A stretch of 64,000 nucleotides of DNA. It comes from Mobula hypostoma (Eukaryota). Of this stretch, positions 25,520 through 38,935 are shown piece by piece (within the stretch, counting starts at the first letter, position 1; every line of letters starts with the position of its first letter). Position numbers and translations under genes: made by a program. Below the pieces are notes generated by a model. It was given only the letters and a program-made list of their open reading frames with translations. It did not search any database and was not told the DNA's origin. The DNA lies in the NCBI RefSeq assembly GCF_963921235.1, contig NC_086097.1, positions 32,924,001 through 32,988,000 of the forward strand, written 5' to 3'.

Positions 25520-25800
25520 CCCGTGCATACAGTGAAATGCATCATTTTGCATCAATGACCAACACAGTCTAAGGATTGTGCTGGGTGCTGGCCGCAAGTG
25601 TCACCATACTTCGGGCACCAACCTAGCATGCCTGCAACACACCAACCCTAACCTGTATCTCTCTGGGTTGCGGGAGGAAGCTAGAGCACCTGGAGGAAAA
25701 CCATGTGGTTATGGGGAAACCGTACAAACTCCTTACAGGCAATGGCAGGAATCGAACCCCCATTGATTTGGTGGTGCAGTAAAGTGATTGCACTAACTTG
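25520..25800 (-). mobile_element. tRNA-derived V-SINE (HE1-like)
   Basis: V-domain GGAGGAAGCTAGAGCACCTGGAGGAAAACCATG..GTACAAACTCC; B-box GGTTCGATTCC on the minus strand near 25748-25760. Confidence 0.75.
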
Positions 25801-25988
25801 GGTATTAGAAAAATGCAGTAATATGTAAGATTTTTTTTACGATGTTCACCTCAGTACGATGTGAAATAAGTCACAGAAAGAACATTGAAACAGCCTTAAT
25901 TTTTTTTCTAAGTTTACTTAATTTTAACAACTATTGAGGAAGTTAATAAGTTTCAAGATTCCTTCAAAAATCTAACATAACCTTTACC

Positions 25989-28058
25989 CCGCAAACGCGA
26001 GGAAATCTGCAAATGCTGGAATGTCAAGCAACGCACATAAAAGTTGCTGGTGAACGCAGCAGGCCAGGCAGCATCTTTAGAAAGAGGTACAGTCGACGTT
26101 TCGGGCTGAGACCCTTCGTCAGGACTACTGAAAGAAGAGCTAGTAAGAGATTTGAAAGTGGGGGGGGGAGGGGGAGATCCGAATTGATAGGAGAAGACGG
26201 GAGGGGGAGGGATGGAGCCAAGAGCTGGACAGTTGATTGGCAAAAGGGATATGAGAGGATCATGGGACAGGAGGCTTAGGGAGAAAGAAAAGGGGGAGGG
26301 GGGAAAGCCCAGAGGATGGGCAAGGGGTAAAGTGAGAGGGACCTAACCAGTGGGACCAGACCTAACCAGTTCCCCTCTACCACCACTCTGCTCCGTCTAG
26401 TGGAATTAGTCCTTACTCTTAATAATTTCTCCTTTGGCTCCTCCCACTTCCTCCAAACTAAAGGTGGAGCCATGGGCACCCGTATGGGTCCCAGCTATGC
26501 CTGCCTTTTTGTTGGCTTTGTGGAACAATCTATGTTCTGTACCTATTCTGGTATTTGTCCCTCACTTTTCCTTCGCTACATCGACAACTGCATTGGCGCT
26601 GCTTCCTGCATGCATGCTGAGCTCATTGACTTCAGTAACTTTGCCTCCAACTTTCACCCTGCCCTGAAGTTTACCTGGTCCATTTCCGACACCTCCCTCC
26701 CCTTTCTAGATCTTTCTGTCTCTATCTCTGGAGACAGCTTATTTACTGATGTCTACTATAAGCCTACTGACTCTCACAGCTATCTGGACTATTCCTCTTC
26801 TCACCTTCTCTTGCAAAACTGCCATCCCCTTCTCGCAATTTCTCCGTCTCTGCCCCACCTGCTCTCAGGATGAGGCTTTTCATTCCAGGACGAGGGAGAT
26901 GTCTTCCTTTTTTAAAGAAAGGGGCTTCCTTTCCTCCACCATCAACTCTGCTCTCAAACGCATCTCCCCCATTTCACGCACATCTGCTCTCACTCCATCC
27001 TCCCACCACCCCACTAGGAATTGGGTTCCCCTTGTCCTCACCTACCACCCCACCAGCCTCCGGGTCCAACATATAGTTCTCCGTAACTTCCGCCACCTCC
27101 AACAGGATCCCACCACTAAGCACATCTTTCCCTCACCTCCAACAGGATCCCACCACTAAGCACATCTTTCCCTCCCCTCCCTCTCTACTTTCCGCAGGGA
27201 TCGCTCCCGATGCGACTCCCTTGTCCATTTGTCCCCCCCATCCCTCCGCACTGGCACTTATCCTTGTAAGCGGAACAAGTGCTACACATGGCCTTACACT
27301 TCCTCCCTCACTACCATTCAGGGCCCCAGACAGTCCTTCCAGGTGAGGTGACACTTCACCTGTGAGTCGGCTGGGGTGATATACTGCGTCCGGTGCTCCC
27401 GATGCGGCCTTCTATATATTGGTGAGACTCGACGCAGATTGGGAGATTGTTTCGCTGAACACCTATGCTCTGTCCGCCAGAGAAAGCAGGATCTCCCAGT
27501 GGCCACACATTTTAATTCTACGTCCCATTCCCATTCTGATATGTCTATCCATGGCCTCCTCTACTGTAAGGATGAAGCCACACTCGGGTTGGAGGAACAA
27601 CACCTTATATTCCGTCTGGGTAGCCTCCAATCTGATGGCATGAACATTGACTTCTCAAATTTCTGCTAATGCCCCACCTCCCCCTCGTACACCATCTGTT
27701 ATTTATTTATTTATATACACACATTCTTTTTCTCTCTCTCCTTTTTCTCCCTTTGTCCCTCTCACTATACCCCTTGCCCATCCTCTGGGCTCTCCCCCCC
27801 CTTTTCTTTCTCCCTGGGCCTCCTGTCCCTCTCATATCCCTTTTGCCAATCAACTGTCCAGCTCTTGGCTGCATCCCTCCTCCTCCTGTCTTGTCCTATC
27901 ATTTCGGATCTCCCCCGCACCCCCCAACTTTCAAATCTCTTACTAGCTCTTCTTTCAGTTAGTTCTGACAAAGAGTCTCGGCCTGAAACATCGACTGTTC
28001 CTCTTTTTAGAGATGTTGCCTGGCCTGCTGCGTTCACCAGCAACTTTTATGTGTGTTG
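25989..28058 (+). mobile_element. Penelope-like element: inverted 5' terminal repeat, RT/GIY-YIG ORF remnant and 3' terminal repeat, with a 13-bp TSD
   Basis: CATAACCTTTACC at 25976-25988 and 28059-28071; RT QTKGGAMGTRMGPSYACLF..LRYIDN..LPFLD; GIY-YIG IYCVRCSRCGLLYIGETRRRLG..EH; ~26028-26342 is inverted relative to ~27750-28058. Confidence 0.93.
26091..26126 (-). ncRNA. Minimal type I hammerhead ribozyme motif (intact core)
   Basis: Minus strand AGUC-CUGACGA-A-GGGU-CUCA-GCCC-GAAAC-GUC-GACU: helix I AGUC/GACU, helix II GGGU/GCCC, core CUGAnGA...GAAA, GUC cleavage triplet and a palindromic ACGU helix III. Confidence 0.8.
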
Positions 28059-29624
28059 CATAACCTTTACCGTAGTAGTTTTCCATCCCCTGGTGGTACC
28101 AGCCTGTACCTTCTAATATCTTGCAAAGTATGGCCTAGGTACATAATTTAGAAACAGAGACAACATGTCTATAAGGAGGAAAGCATTCTTCACTAATAGC
28201 TAATCTCAAGGATGTGCATCTATGCAGGCTAACAAGGTGATGCCATTTGGTTTTACAAACTTCCATGTTGTGTTATACATGTTGGCATATACCAAGGATG
28301 AATGAAATTTAACTCTTTCCTTGCATTTAAATTATGCTAGCTAGAGGAGTCTGAACGATAAATTGCTGTTTCCATTGATATAGCTCTGGTCTGCTAAAGT
28401 GTGATTGTATTGGGTTTGCTGATTGCAAAGTTCTAAACTTGTATGAAGATCTTAAGCCCTATTTGGTATAGATAGCTATGGGTGCCCTCACTAAGGGGAA
28501 ATTATACTGTAACTACCCAATCTACGAAAAGGAGTTTACTTCCCTCTTTGTCCTCCACAGTGAGTTTAGCTGCCAATACCAACTATTTGAGCTTACTTCC
28601 ATGGAGATACTTCCAGCTAACAATGTAGTTTAAACACAGTTCATTTACTTTTAGTGATGCACATTAAAATCGAAACATTTTTAAGACACATTTAAAACTC
28701 ACATCAGATTTGTATCTTACAAAAGACTTCCAAATTACGAATCGTTTTTAAAACTTAAAGGATTTTCAAAACAGAGGTACAGTTCCTATGAGCTGAAAAG
28801 ACATACCCACAAACCAGAGACAAACCAATCATCTGTTGCAGAAATCGAAGGCAGAGGGATAGATTCTAGTTTACCTTATGTTTCTGTCATTCTTTTTGAT
28901 GTTCAAGGATCATTCCTAAAAAACCTGAACTGCTCTGTACATTTAAACTGTTTCTCTGCCGATCTAATATTTTTTCAGATACCTTTTAATACAAGCGGTC
29001 TCAATGCTTCTGGAGACAGAGGTCCCAAGTATTGACAATTAATGCTGTGAAGCTGACTCTTTTGACCTTCCAACTATTAACAGATTAGCAGTTTGATATG
29101 CTGAATGATAATATTCTTTTCTGCAAGTTTAATTTAACTAAATGACTTAACAAGCATGTTCTAGTTTGAAACAAACCAAATTAAAATATTCCACTACAAC
29201 TGTTGAGCAATAAGCTCAGAAGCTGTGGCACTGGTGAGTCTGTTCTGTAGATAGCATTTGTTTGCAATGCTGTCTTTAACTTCAAACTGTTCACTGCTTT
29301 CCATTTTTATCATGAACTGAAGACTGGCTCCCGTTTATGACAAGAAGTTAAAGAAAGAATATTAGTTGGAAATTCAACTTATTTGAAAACAACACCTTGA
29401 CCTTTAGTAGAGTCAGCTGATGTGTTTAGAAAGCTGAACTTGGCAAAAAAGAAAGGCCCCCAGGACAGTGAATATCCATCAAAGAAGTTTAAAGATCATG
29501 GAAAAAGGACAGATAATATTAAAAATAAAAATCCATTATGTGTTGAGGGCCTCCTGTATTGTTTCTAAGGAGTGGAATTGAAGCTGTTCCATGATACATT
29601 TCTAAAGCGACATTCATGTTGCAG

Positions 29625-29731
29625 GGAACACCCGTGTCTTCGGTGGGCAGGCGCCAATGGAACGGTACCTACCTTGGTTTTCTATGCAGATGGTATTGTG
29701 ACCGAAGATAGCAGCTTGCGCTTAATTGGAG
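29625..29731 (+). CDS. TTLL5: TTLL5 coding exon 2 (107 nt; EHPCLRWAGANGTVPTLVFYADGIVTEDSSLRLIG)
   Basis: ttgcag|G acceptor and G|GTATGT donor; aligns by eye to TTLL5 DHPCIMWTGG..PVLVFHADAILTKD..IRVIG; phases match the neighbouring exons. Confidence 0.92.
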
Positions 29732-30409
29732 GTATGTAAACCTTTCCGTGAGGACCATTTTTCAGTGCGGAATAGTGTGAGAGGCTGCTTTCATCCCGTT
29801 CCACCTGTCTTATAAACATTCTTCAGAGGAAGCTCTAGAGTTGTGCATTCACTTTTTGCTATGTTTTATTGACAATGTGAGTGTAGACTGTTTTTTAATC
29901 AGTCAAACCAATTAAACAATGTTACAGGTTGTGAGTCTTATTATTTCATAGAGACATCTTCCTATTGATTATAAATTTTAGAGTTAAATGGTGCATTTAC
30001 TTTGAAAATGATTCCTTTTTCTAAATTTATCTCAGAACAGAAATTTATCTATATACCGGGGTGGGCTGTTGTATGAAGCAATCCCAACTATTTCATTTAG
30101 TCCACTAGGATGCTCCTGAGCTTCCATTTGTCCATAATTTAAATTTCCATACCACTCCCACTCTTCCATGAGTGTCCACAACTTTCTATACCTGGCCAAC
30201 CAAGTTCAACATAAGCACAAGGGAAAGCACTCATCTTCCTTCTGGGGACGTTAAAGATAAAGATTAAAGATTAGCGTTATTTGTCATATGTGCATCGAAA
30301 TATCAAAATATAGAGTGAAATGTGTCATGTGTCATGTGAAATTGATTATTTCAGAATAACCAATAGACCTCTGGTTATTCAGAATCAGGTTTATTATCAC
30401 AGACAGTAA

Positions 30410-31110
30410 ATCTTTGAACCTATCCCTCTAAAACATTCCTATTCATGCACCCGTCCAAATGTTCTTTAAACATTGTAATTCTGTCTGACTCTGCTACTTC
30501 CCCTCACCCTGCCTCTGGTTTAGGCTTCCATCTCTGTGGAAGATATAAAACTGTGACTGTCTACCCTATATATCTCCCTCATGATGTTATAAATCTCTAT
30601 AAGGCTACTCCTCAGCTTCCTACACCAGTGAAAACAGACCCAGCCAATACATTCTCTCCTTGTAACTAAAGTTCTCTAATCTTGGCAACATCCTTGTGAG
30701 ACTTTTTTTTGCACCCTCTCTAGCTTAATCATAGCCATCCTGTAGCTGGGTGACCATAAATACACAGAGTGCTCTGTGTGCTTTAACCGATGTTCTATAC
30801 AATTGTAACATGATGCGCTAAATTTCGCTCTCAGTGTCATTGCTGATGAAGGCAAATGTGCCTTTGGCTGCCTTCACTGCCCTGTTTCCCTGTGTTACCA
30901 CTTTCAGGGAAATGTGTACCTGTATCGCAAGGTCACACTGATCAATAGTACCAAAACCCCACACCTTCACCCACCCCTCCCCCCAGGACCCTGCCATTCA
31001 CGGTGTCAGTTCTGCCCTGATTTAACTTCTCAAAATGCATAATTTTACACTTGTCTGAATTAAATTCCATCTGCTATTCCAATGCCACTCACCCAGATGA
31101 TCTAGTTCCT
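30410..31110 (-). mobile_element. Old CR1 fragment
   Basis: Degenerate RT C-terminal and 3' sequence (AATTCCATCTGC, ACCACTTTCAGGGA). Confidence 0.65.
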
Positions 31111-31236
31111 GTTGTAAAATATAAATCCATATAATACGTAGAGTGGGTAATGAGGGAGATTGATTTATGGATATTATAATTGCAATTATACCAGTACAGT
31201 CTATATCATGTCTTTTTTTTCCCTTCCTTAATGTAG

Positions 31237-31319
31237 AGCGCTATCACTTGGCATATAAGATTGTGCGCACTGAGAGTAGACTGGTGCGCAGCATTTTGAC
31301 AGCCCATGGCTTCCATGAG
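31237..31319 (+). CDS. TTLL5: TTLL5 coding exon 3 (83 nt; [28 protein letters not shown])
   Basis: Polypyrimidine tract plus tag| acceptor and GAG|GTAAGT donor; near-identical to the TTLL5 sequence [28 protein letters not shown]. Confidence 0.97.
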
Positions 31320-31659
31320 GTAAGTTCTGGGTTGGAAGAACAGTGTATGTTCAGTTGCCTGCTCCCCTCAGCACTCGGATGTTTCTTAACAGCCCTATTT
31401 GAAATTGTTCATTTGGCACCGGAACCTGAGACAACACGATAAAGATTGAACAACGTACAGGCCCCAGCTTGAGTTCACATATGCCAAGCTAAAGTTGAAT
31501 GGCATGTCCTGCGTTACCATGTTTCATGTGATTGTCCTTGTGTGCTCCAGGTGTGCATCATGGAGTTTTGAGGATGTGCTTCAAGCTCCCAAGTTCTCGT
31601 TTCATAAATTTAAAGATCATGAAAATATGAAGGCATAAAGGGCTAGTTAATCTATTGTG

Positions 31660-33045
31660 TCTATGCCAGCTTATTGCACCATGCCAGAGGAGTGGAAAAT
31701 TGCAAGTGTTACTCCACTCTTTAAGAAAGGAGGAAGGCAACAGAAAGGAAATTGTAGTCCAGTTAGCCTGACCTCAGCGGTTGTCAAGGAAGAGGTTATG
31801 TAGTTCTTGGTGACACAGGACAAGATAGGACAAAGTCAGCATAGTTTTCTTATGGGAAAATCTTGCTTGACAAACCTATTGGAATTTTTTGAGGAGATTA
31901 CAGGTAGGATAGATATAGGGGATGCAGTGGATGTTGTATATTTGGACTTTTAGAAGGCCTTTGACAAGGTGCCACACATGAGGCTGCTTACCAAGTGAAG
32001 AGCCCATAGTATTACAGGAAAGTTACTAACATGGTTCGAGTATCAGCTAATTGGTGGGAGACAGTGAGTGGGAATAAAACGGACCTTGTCTGGTTGACTG
32101 CCATTGACTAGTTCCGCAGGGGTCGGTATTGGAACCGCTTCTTTTTATGCTGTATATCAATGAGTTAGATGATGGAGTAGATGGCTTAGTTGCCAAGTTT
32201 GCAGATGATACGAAGATTGTTGGAGGAGCAGGTAGTGTTGAGGAAACAGGTAAGCTGCAGAAGGACTTGTACAGATTAGGAGAATGGGCAAAAAAGTGGC
32301 AAATGAAATACAATGTTGGAAAATGCATGGTTGTGCACTTTGGTAAATGAAATAAATGTGCAGACTAGTTTCTAAATGGGAAGAAAATCCAAAAATCTGA
32401 GATGCAACAGGACCTAGGAGTCCTTGTGCAGAGCACCTTAAAGATTAACTTGCATGTAGAGTCGTGGTAAGGAAGGCAAATGCAATGTTAGCATTCATTT
32501 CAAGGGATCTAGAATACAAGAGCAGGGATGTGATGCTAAGGCTCTATAAGACGCTGGTGAGAGCTCACCTTGAGTATTGTAAACAGTTCTGGGCTCATTT
32601 CAGTAAAAAGCTGGCATTGGAGTAGGCTCAGTGGAGGTTCACAAGGATGATTCTGGGAATGAAAGGGTTATCATACGAGTAACGTTTGATAGCTCTGGGT
32701 CTGTACTCACTGGAATACAGAAGGATGAGGGGGGATTTCATTGCAGCCTTTCAGATGTTGAAAGGCCTAGACAGAGTAGATGTGGAAAGGATGTTCCCCA
32801 TTGTAGGGGAGTCTAAGACAAGAGGGAACAGCCTCAAGGTAAAGGGCCATCCATTTAAAACAGAGATGCAGATAAATTTCTTTAGCCAGAGAGTAGTTCT
32901 TGATTGGACACAGCATCAAAGGTTATGGGGAGAAGGCCGGGGAGCTGGGCTGAGGAGGGGCAAAAAAAAGAGGATCAGCCATTTCTAGATGGCAGAAGAG
33001 ACTGGATAGGCCAAATGGCCTAATTCTACTCCTATGGTCGTATGG
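31660..33045 (+). mobile_element. CR1 LINE RT-to-tail fragment
   Basis: YLDF*KAFDKVPH, PQGSVL.PLLF, AKFADDTK, LGLYSLEYRRMRGD; tail CCTATGGTCGTATGG. Confidence 0.9.
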
Positions 33046-33769
33046 ATAGAGTCATGAAAGGGATGCAGGCTCTTGTGATGTGCTCAGCTGTATCCAAATC
33101 TCTCTGCAGTTTCTTACAGTCATATGATGAGCACTTAACATACCAATAGGAATTCAGTGGGTCAGACAGCATCTGTACAGGTATAGTCAAAAAACAAACA
33201 AGAGAAAATCTGCAAATGCTGGAAATCTGAGCAACACACAAAGAATGCTGGAGGAACTCAGCAGGCCAGGTAGCATCTATGGAAAAAAAAAAGTACAGTT
33301 GACGTTTCGGGCCAAAGGGTGTTGCTTGGAAAAGTCAAAAGTTTCAGTTTGCAATTTTATCTATGCCTTTGCGTCCACAGATGACCTGTTGAGTTTCTTC
33401 AGCAATTTTTCTGCGTTACTCTAGTTCCCAGTATCTACAGTTTCTTGAGAATTCCGTCATATTATGATCACTTGCCCCAAGGGTTCTTTTACCTTAAGCT
33501 TTTTAATTAAATCCATTCATTGCACAATACCTAATCCAGAGTTGCTGATCCCCTAGTGAGCTCAACCATGAGTTGCTCAAAAAAACCATCTCCTGGGCAT
33601 TCGGAAATCAATTTCTAGAAATTTATGTAGAGATATAGCACAGTAACAGACCCTTTAGACCCAACAAGCCCACGCCGCCTCAGTTACACATAAATGATGA
33701 ATTAACCTGCTAATCTGCAGGCATTGGAATGTGGGAGAAAACTGGAGTACCCAGAGGAAACTTGCACAG

Positions 33770-34335
33770 AAAGACAAGGCGGGGGGGGGGAACAGAGGAT
33801 GGGCAAGAGGTATATTCAGAGGGACAGAGGGAGAAAAAGGAGAGTGAGAGAAAGAATGTGTGCATAAAAATAAGTAACAGATGGGGTACGAGGGGGAGGT
33901 GGGGCCTTAGTGGAAGTTAGAGAAGTCGATGTTCATGCCATCAGGTTGGAGGCTACCCAGACGGAATATAAGTTGTTGTTCCTCCAACCTGAGTGTGGCT
34001 AACTCTCCTTTTTCTCCCTCTGTCCCTCTGAATATACCTCTTGCCCATCCTCTGGGTCCCCCCCACCCCTTGTCTTTCTTCCCAGACCTCCTGTCCCATG
34101 ATCCTCTTGTATCCCCTTTTGCCTATCACCTGTCCAGCTCTTGGCTCCATCCCTCCCCCTCCTGTCTTCTGCTATCATTTTGGATCTCCCCCTCCCCCTC
34201 CAACTTTCAAATCCCTTACTCACTCTTCCTTCAGTTAGTCCTGACGAAGGGTCTCGGCCTGAAACGTCGACTGCACCTCTTCCTACAGATGCTGCCTGGC
34301 CTGCTGCGTTCACCAGCAACTTTGATGTGTGTTCC
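33770..34335. mobile_element. Short Penelope remnant with inverted structure (minus ~33770-33998, plus ~34000-34335)
   Basis: GIY-YIG C-terminus on the minus strand, then a plus-strand terminal repeat nearly identical to 41295-41625. Confidence 0.85.
34237..34272 (+). ncRNA. Minimal type I hammerhead ribozyme motif, sense to TTLL5
   Basis: AGUC-CUGACGA-AGGGUCUCGGCCU-GAAAC-GUC-GACU. Confidence 0.78.
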
Positions 34336-35758
34336 CATCTAAATTTATTCCCTCTTCCCCTAAATTTATATGTTTTGTTTTTATTCACCTCTGATATTGT
34401 GGAAAAGTTTCCTGCAATCTATCCTGTCTATACCCCACATAATTTTATGTACCACAGTCATGTCCCCTCTTTCCCCCTCTTCACCTCCCCTGCTCCATCA
34501 CGGGCAGCAGCAGCAGCATAGTGAAGTTTCTTTGCATGTTCTCCAGCACTGACATGTTCTTCCTATAATGAAACATGAGAGACTGCAGATGTTGGGATAT
34601 AACAAAAACCAAATTGTTGGAGGAACTCAGCAGGTCAGGTAGTGTCTGGAGGGAAAGGCTAGTCAACGTTTCAAGTTGATATTAATGATTTGAATGAGGT
34701 ATGCGTAGTAAGTTGGCATTTAATGGAAAATTGTTGGTGATACAGGTCAATACTGATCATTTGGTAATGGAATTTAATCCTGGAAAGTACGAGGTGATAC
34801 ATTTTGACAGGGGTACTAATGAAGGTAGGACATGGAATATGGCATACTGAGGGAATATTGAGGAACAGAGGGACCTAGAAATGTAAATTCAAAAATCCTG
34901 GAAAAATGACAGCACAGGTGGATGAGGTGGTCAGGAAGGCTTTTGAGTTACATCATCATTAGCCACAGCATAGAATATAAGAGAATATTGAATAACTTTG
35001 TGATATATTAAGGGCACAATACTGTACAAAGTTTTGGTCACCATACTACAGGAAATACTGTACATGATAGTGGTGAGAGGGTGCAGAGGAAATTCCCCAG
35101 AAAGGTCAATAAAAACAAAACACTGGAAGCACTCAGCAGGTCAGGCTGTATCTGTGGGAAGAGAAATAGAGCTAAAGTTCTTGGCCAAAGGCTCTTTGCC
35201 AGAACTGGGAAGAAGTCAAAAGAAACTGGTTAAGAGGCAGGGATGGTGGGTTAGGGAGGATGTATCTAAAGTATCAATTGCCCTTCTCTTGTATTCAATG
35301 TCTCAGCCTACGAAGTCTAGCATTCTTAGTGTCGCTTTTACTTCGCTATTCTCCCATGTCTCTGCTTTCAGTGAACAATGCACTTTGCACTCTAAGGTCC
35401 CATTGCACCTCAGATCTTCTAAGGTCCCTGCCATTTACTCTCTTTGTCCTACCAAAATTTGGCTTCTCAAAGTTAATTACCTCACACTTGTCCAGATGAA
35501 ATTTGAACTGGCACCACCCTGCTCCATTTTCCAGCGGATGTATGTCTCACTATATCCTGAGCAACCTTATTTACTGTCGGCAATTCCACCGATTCATCAA
35601 TTCATCTGGTATACAGTTTTGGACTTCTAAAGGAAGTCTTGCCTTAGATTTGGTGCAACGTAGATTGATTAGACTGATTCCTGGGGTAAAATGGTCATAG
35701 TGTGTAAAGAGTTTGAGTAGGATGGCCATATTCTTCTTAGAATCCTAAAAATGGCATG

Positions 35759-36299
35759 TATTCAGTGGCCAATTTATTAGCTAAATCTGTACACCTTATT
35801 AATGCAAATATCTAATTAGTTAATCATGTGACGGCAATTCAATACATAAAAGAATGCAGACATGGTCAAGAGGTTCAGTTGTTGTTCAGACCAGATATTA
35901 GAATGGTGAAGAAAAGTGACCTAAGTGATCTTGACCATGGAATGATTATTGATGCCAGACAACGTGGTTTGAGTATCTTAGAAACTGCTGATCTCCTGGG
36001 ATTTTCATGTACAATAGCCTCTAGAGTTTACAGGTCTCTAGAGTTTATTGAGAATAGTGTGAAAAACAGACATCCAATTAACGGTAGTCCTGTGGGGGGG
36101 GGGGGGAAGCCTCGTTAAATGAGAGAGATCAGAAGAGAATGGCCAAACTAGTTCAAGCTAATTCAAATTACCAACAGTGGTGTGCAGAAGAGCAGCTCTG
36201 AATACACAAAATGACGAATCTTGAAGTGGATGGGCTACAGCAGCAGAAGACCATGAACATACACTCAATGGAGGTACCTAATAGAATGACCACTGAGTG
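35759..36299 (+). mobile_element. Internally deleted Tc1/mariner element with both TIRs
   Basis: TIRs TATTCAGTGGCCAATTTATTAG / CTAATAGAATGACCACTGAGTG|TA; transposase HTH remnant KKSDLSDLDHGMIIDARQRGLSILETADLLGFS..SRVYR. Confidence 0.85.
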
Positions 36300-37159
36300 T
36301 AGATTTAATTTCCTAACTGTTACCAGAACGACTTTGTGTTTCTAACGAAATGTGACATAGGGTAGTGCAGTGCAGGAATAGGCCTTTCAGTCAATGAGGC
36401 CAATTTATACAGCACATGAGAAAGGCATGCATGCCGTAAGCCACCTTTACACTATCCTATCTACTTATGGTGCCACATTCAGAGAGCTATGATCTTCTAT
36501 CCCAAAATCTCTCTATATCAGAGCTCTCAGTGGATCTGCCGTGTCCTGCATACTTTCCTCTTGTACTTAACCTCCCAAAATCCATCACCTCAGGCAACAG
36601 AAGGATATGGATTATGTACAGGCAGAAGTGGTTTAGTTTAATTTGTCATGTTTGCTGTGGGCATGCTGTTTTGTTCCATGTTGTATTTATTTGACCTCCA
36701 AAAGTTCACCATCTCATACTTGTCCAGATTAAATCCATCTGACATTTCTCTGCCTACGTTTCCAGCAGTTTAATATCCTGTTGCATCTTTAATAGCCTTC
36801 CCCAACTCTGCCAATTTTTATCTCATTTTGTAAACTTAGTAATCAGCTCAGCTATGCTTATTTCCGAATTACAAACATCTGAGTGCCACAAACTGATTGT
36901 TTGTGGAACACCACTGGTTACAGGCCTCCAGCTAGAATAATATCCCTCGACCACTAACTTCTGTCTTCTACGACCAAGCCAATTTTGAATTCAGTCTGCT
37001 AAGTCTCCACAAATCCTGTGTGCCACAATCTTTTAGGTCAGCTTACCAAGAGGGATCGTGTTGAAGATTTTACTAAAATTGATGTATGTAACATCCACTG
37101 CCATACCCTCATCAGTCATCTTTGTTACCTCTTCAATAAAAACTCAATCAGATTTGTAA

Positions 37160-38935
37160 GCAACACACACAAAATGCTGGAGGAACTCAGCAGGCCAGGG
37201 AGCATCTATGGAAAAAGAGTAAACAGTCAAATGTTTTGGGCCGAGACCCTTCATCAGGACTAGAGAAAAAAAGATGAGAAATCAGTGTAAGAAGGTGGGA
37301 GGAGTTGAGAAGAATTACAAGGTAGTAGGTGATAGATGAAATTGGGAGAGAGGGAGGGGTGAAGTAAAGAGCCGGGAAGTCAATTGGTAAAAGAGATAAA
37401 GGGTTGGAGAAGGGGAAATCTGGTAGAAGAGGACAGCAAGCCATGGAAGAAACGCAACTGGGAAGAACATGAAGGAGATGATTGGCAGGTAAGAAGATGA
37501 GGTGAGAGAGGGAAATGGGAATGGTGAAGGGGTGGTGGGGGCATTACTGGAAGTTTGAGAAATTGATGTTCATGCCATCAGATTGGAGGCTACCCAGATG
37601 TTATGTAATGGTGTTGCTCCTTCAACCCAAGTGTGGCCTCATCGAGGCAGTAGAGGAGGCCATGGACTGACATGTCGCAGTCGGAATGGGGAGTAGAATT
37701 GAAATGGGTGGCCACCAGGATTACCACTTTTTCTGGCGGATGGAGTTTAGGTGCTTGGCGAAGCGGTCTCCCAATCTACATTAGGTCTCACCCATATACA
37801 GGAGGCAACACTGGTTGTATCGCATGCAGTAGGTGACCCCAACAAACTCACAGGTAAAGTGTCGCCTCACCTGGAAGGACTATTTGGGGCCCTGAATGGT
37901 AGCAAGGGAGGAGGCGTAGTACTTCTGCTTGTAAGGATAAGTGCCAGGAGGGAGATCAGTGGAGAGGGATGAATGGGCAAGGGAGTCACATAGGGGGTGA
38001 TCCCTGCAGAAGGCAGAAAGTGGGCGAGAGGGAAAGGTGCTTGCTGGTGGGAAAAGTTACGGAGAATTCTGTGCCGGACATGGAGGCTGGTGGGGTGGTA
38101 GGTGAGGACAAGAGGAACCCTATCCTTGGTGGGGTGCCAGGAGGATGCAGTGAGGGCAGACGTGCACAAAATGTAAGAGATGCAGCTGAGGGCAGCATTA
38201 ATGGTGGAGGAAAGGAAATCTCTTTCTTTGAAGAAGGGGGATATCTCCTTAGTTCTGGAATGAAAAGCCTTCCCCTGAGAGCAGATGTGGCAGAGATGGA
38301 GTAATTGATAGAAAGGGATGGCATTTTTTTTTTTTTACAAGTAACAGGGTGGAAAGAAGTATAGGCCAGATATTGTGGGAATCAGTGGGTTTATAAAAAA
38401 TATCAGTAGATAAGCTCTCTCCAGAGATAGAGACAGAGAGATTGAGAAAATGGAGGGAGGTGTCAGAAATAGACCAGGCAAATATGAGGGCAGGGTGAAA
38501 GTTGGAGGCAAAGTTGATGGAGTCGATGAGTTCCACATGAGTGCAGGAAGCAGCACCAATGCAGTCGTTGATATAGCGTAGAAAAAGTTAAGGGAGTGAT
38601 ACCAGTATAGGCTTGGAACATAGACTGTTCCAATTGGCTGACAAAAAGGCAGGCATAGCTGGGACCCATGCGAGTGCCCATGGCTACACCTTTCATTTGA
38701 AGGAAGTGGGAGGAACAGAAGGAGAAATTTATTGAGAGTGAGGACCAGTTTCACCAAACAGAGGAGAGTGGTGGAGAAGGGGAACTGGTTGGGTTTGGTG
38801 TCCAGAAAGAAACTGAGAGCTTTGAGGCCTTCCTGATGGGGAATGGAAGCATACTGGGACATCCATAGTGAAAATAAGATGATCAGGGTCAGGGACTAAA
38901 ATTATTGAAAAGATCAAGAGCATGTGAAGTGTCAT
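37160..38935 (-). mobile_element. Older Penelope-like element (RT, GIY-YIG and terminal repeat)
   Basis: KGVAMGTRMGPSYACLF, FASNFHPAL..KPTDSH, RVPLVLTYHP; terminal repeat with a decayed hammerhead at ~37226-37261. Confidence 0.9.

Noticed and set aside
31224..31236. U12-type branch-point-like TTCCTTAAT before exon 3
   Set aside because: The upstream donor is GTATGT rather than GTATCCTT, and the motif is only 4 nt from the 3' splice site, so it is best read as an ordinary U2 intron.
31167..31442. 91-aa ORF as a stand-alone gene
   Set aside because: Only 31237-31319 is exon; the rest is intron read-through. The same applies to ORF 40044-40238.
35034..35630. 198-aa ORF
   Set aside because: It runs across a patchwork of decayed CR1 and Penelope-repeat fragments in mixed orientation; no coherent domain.
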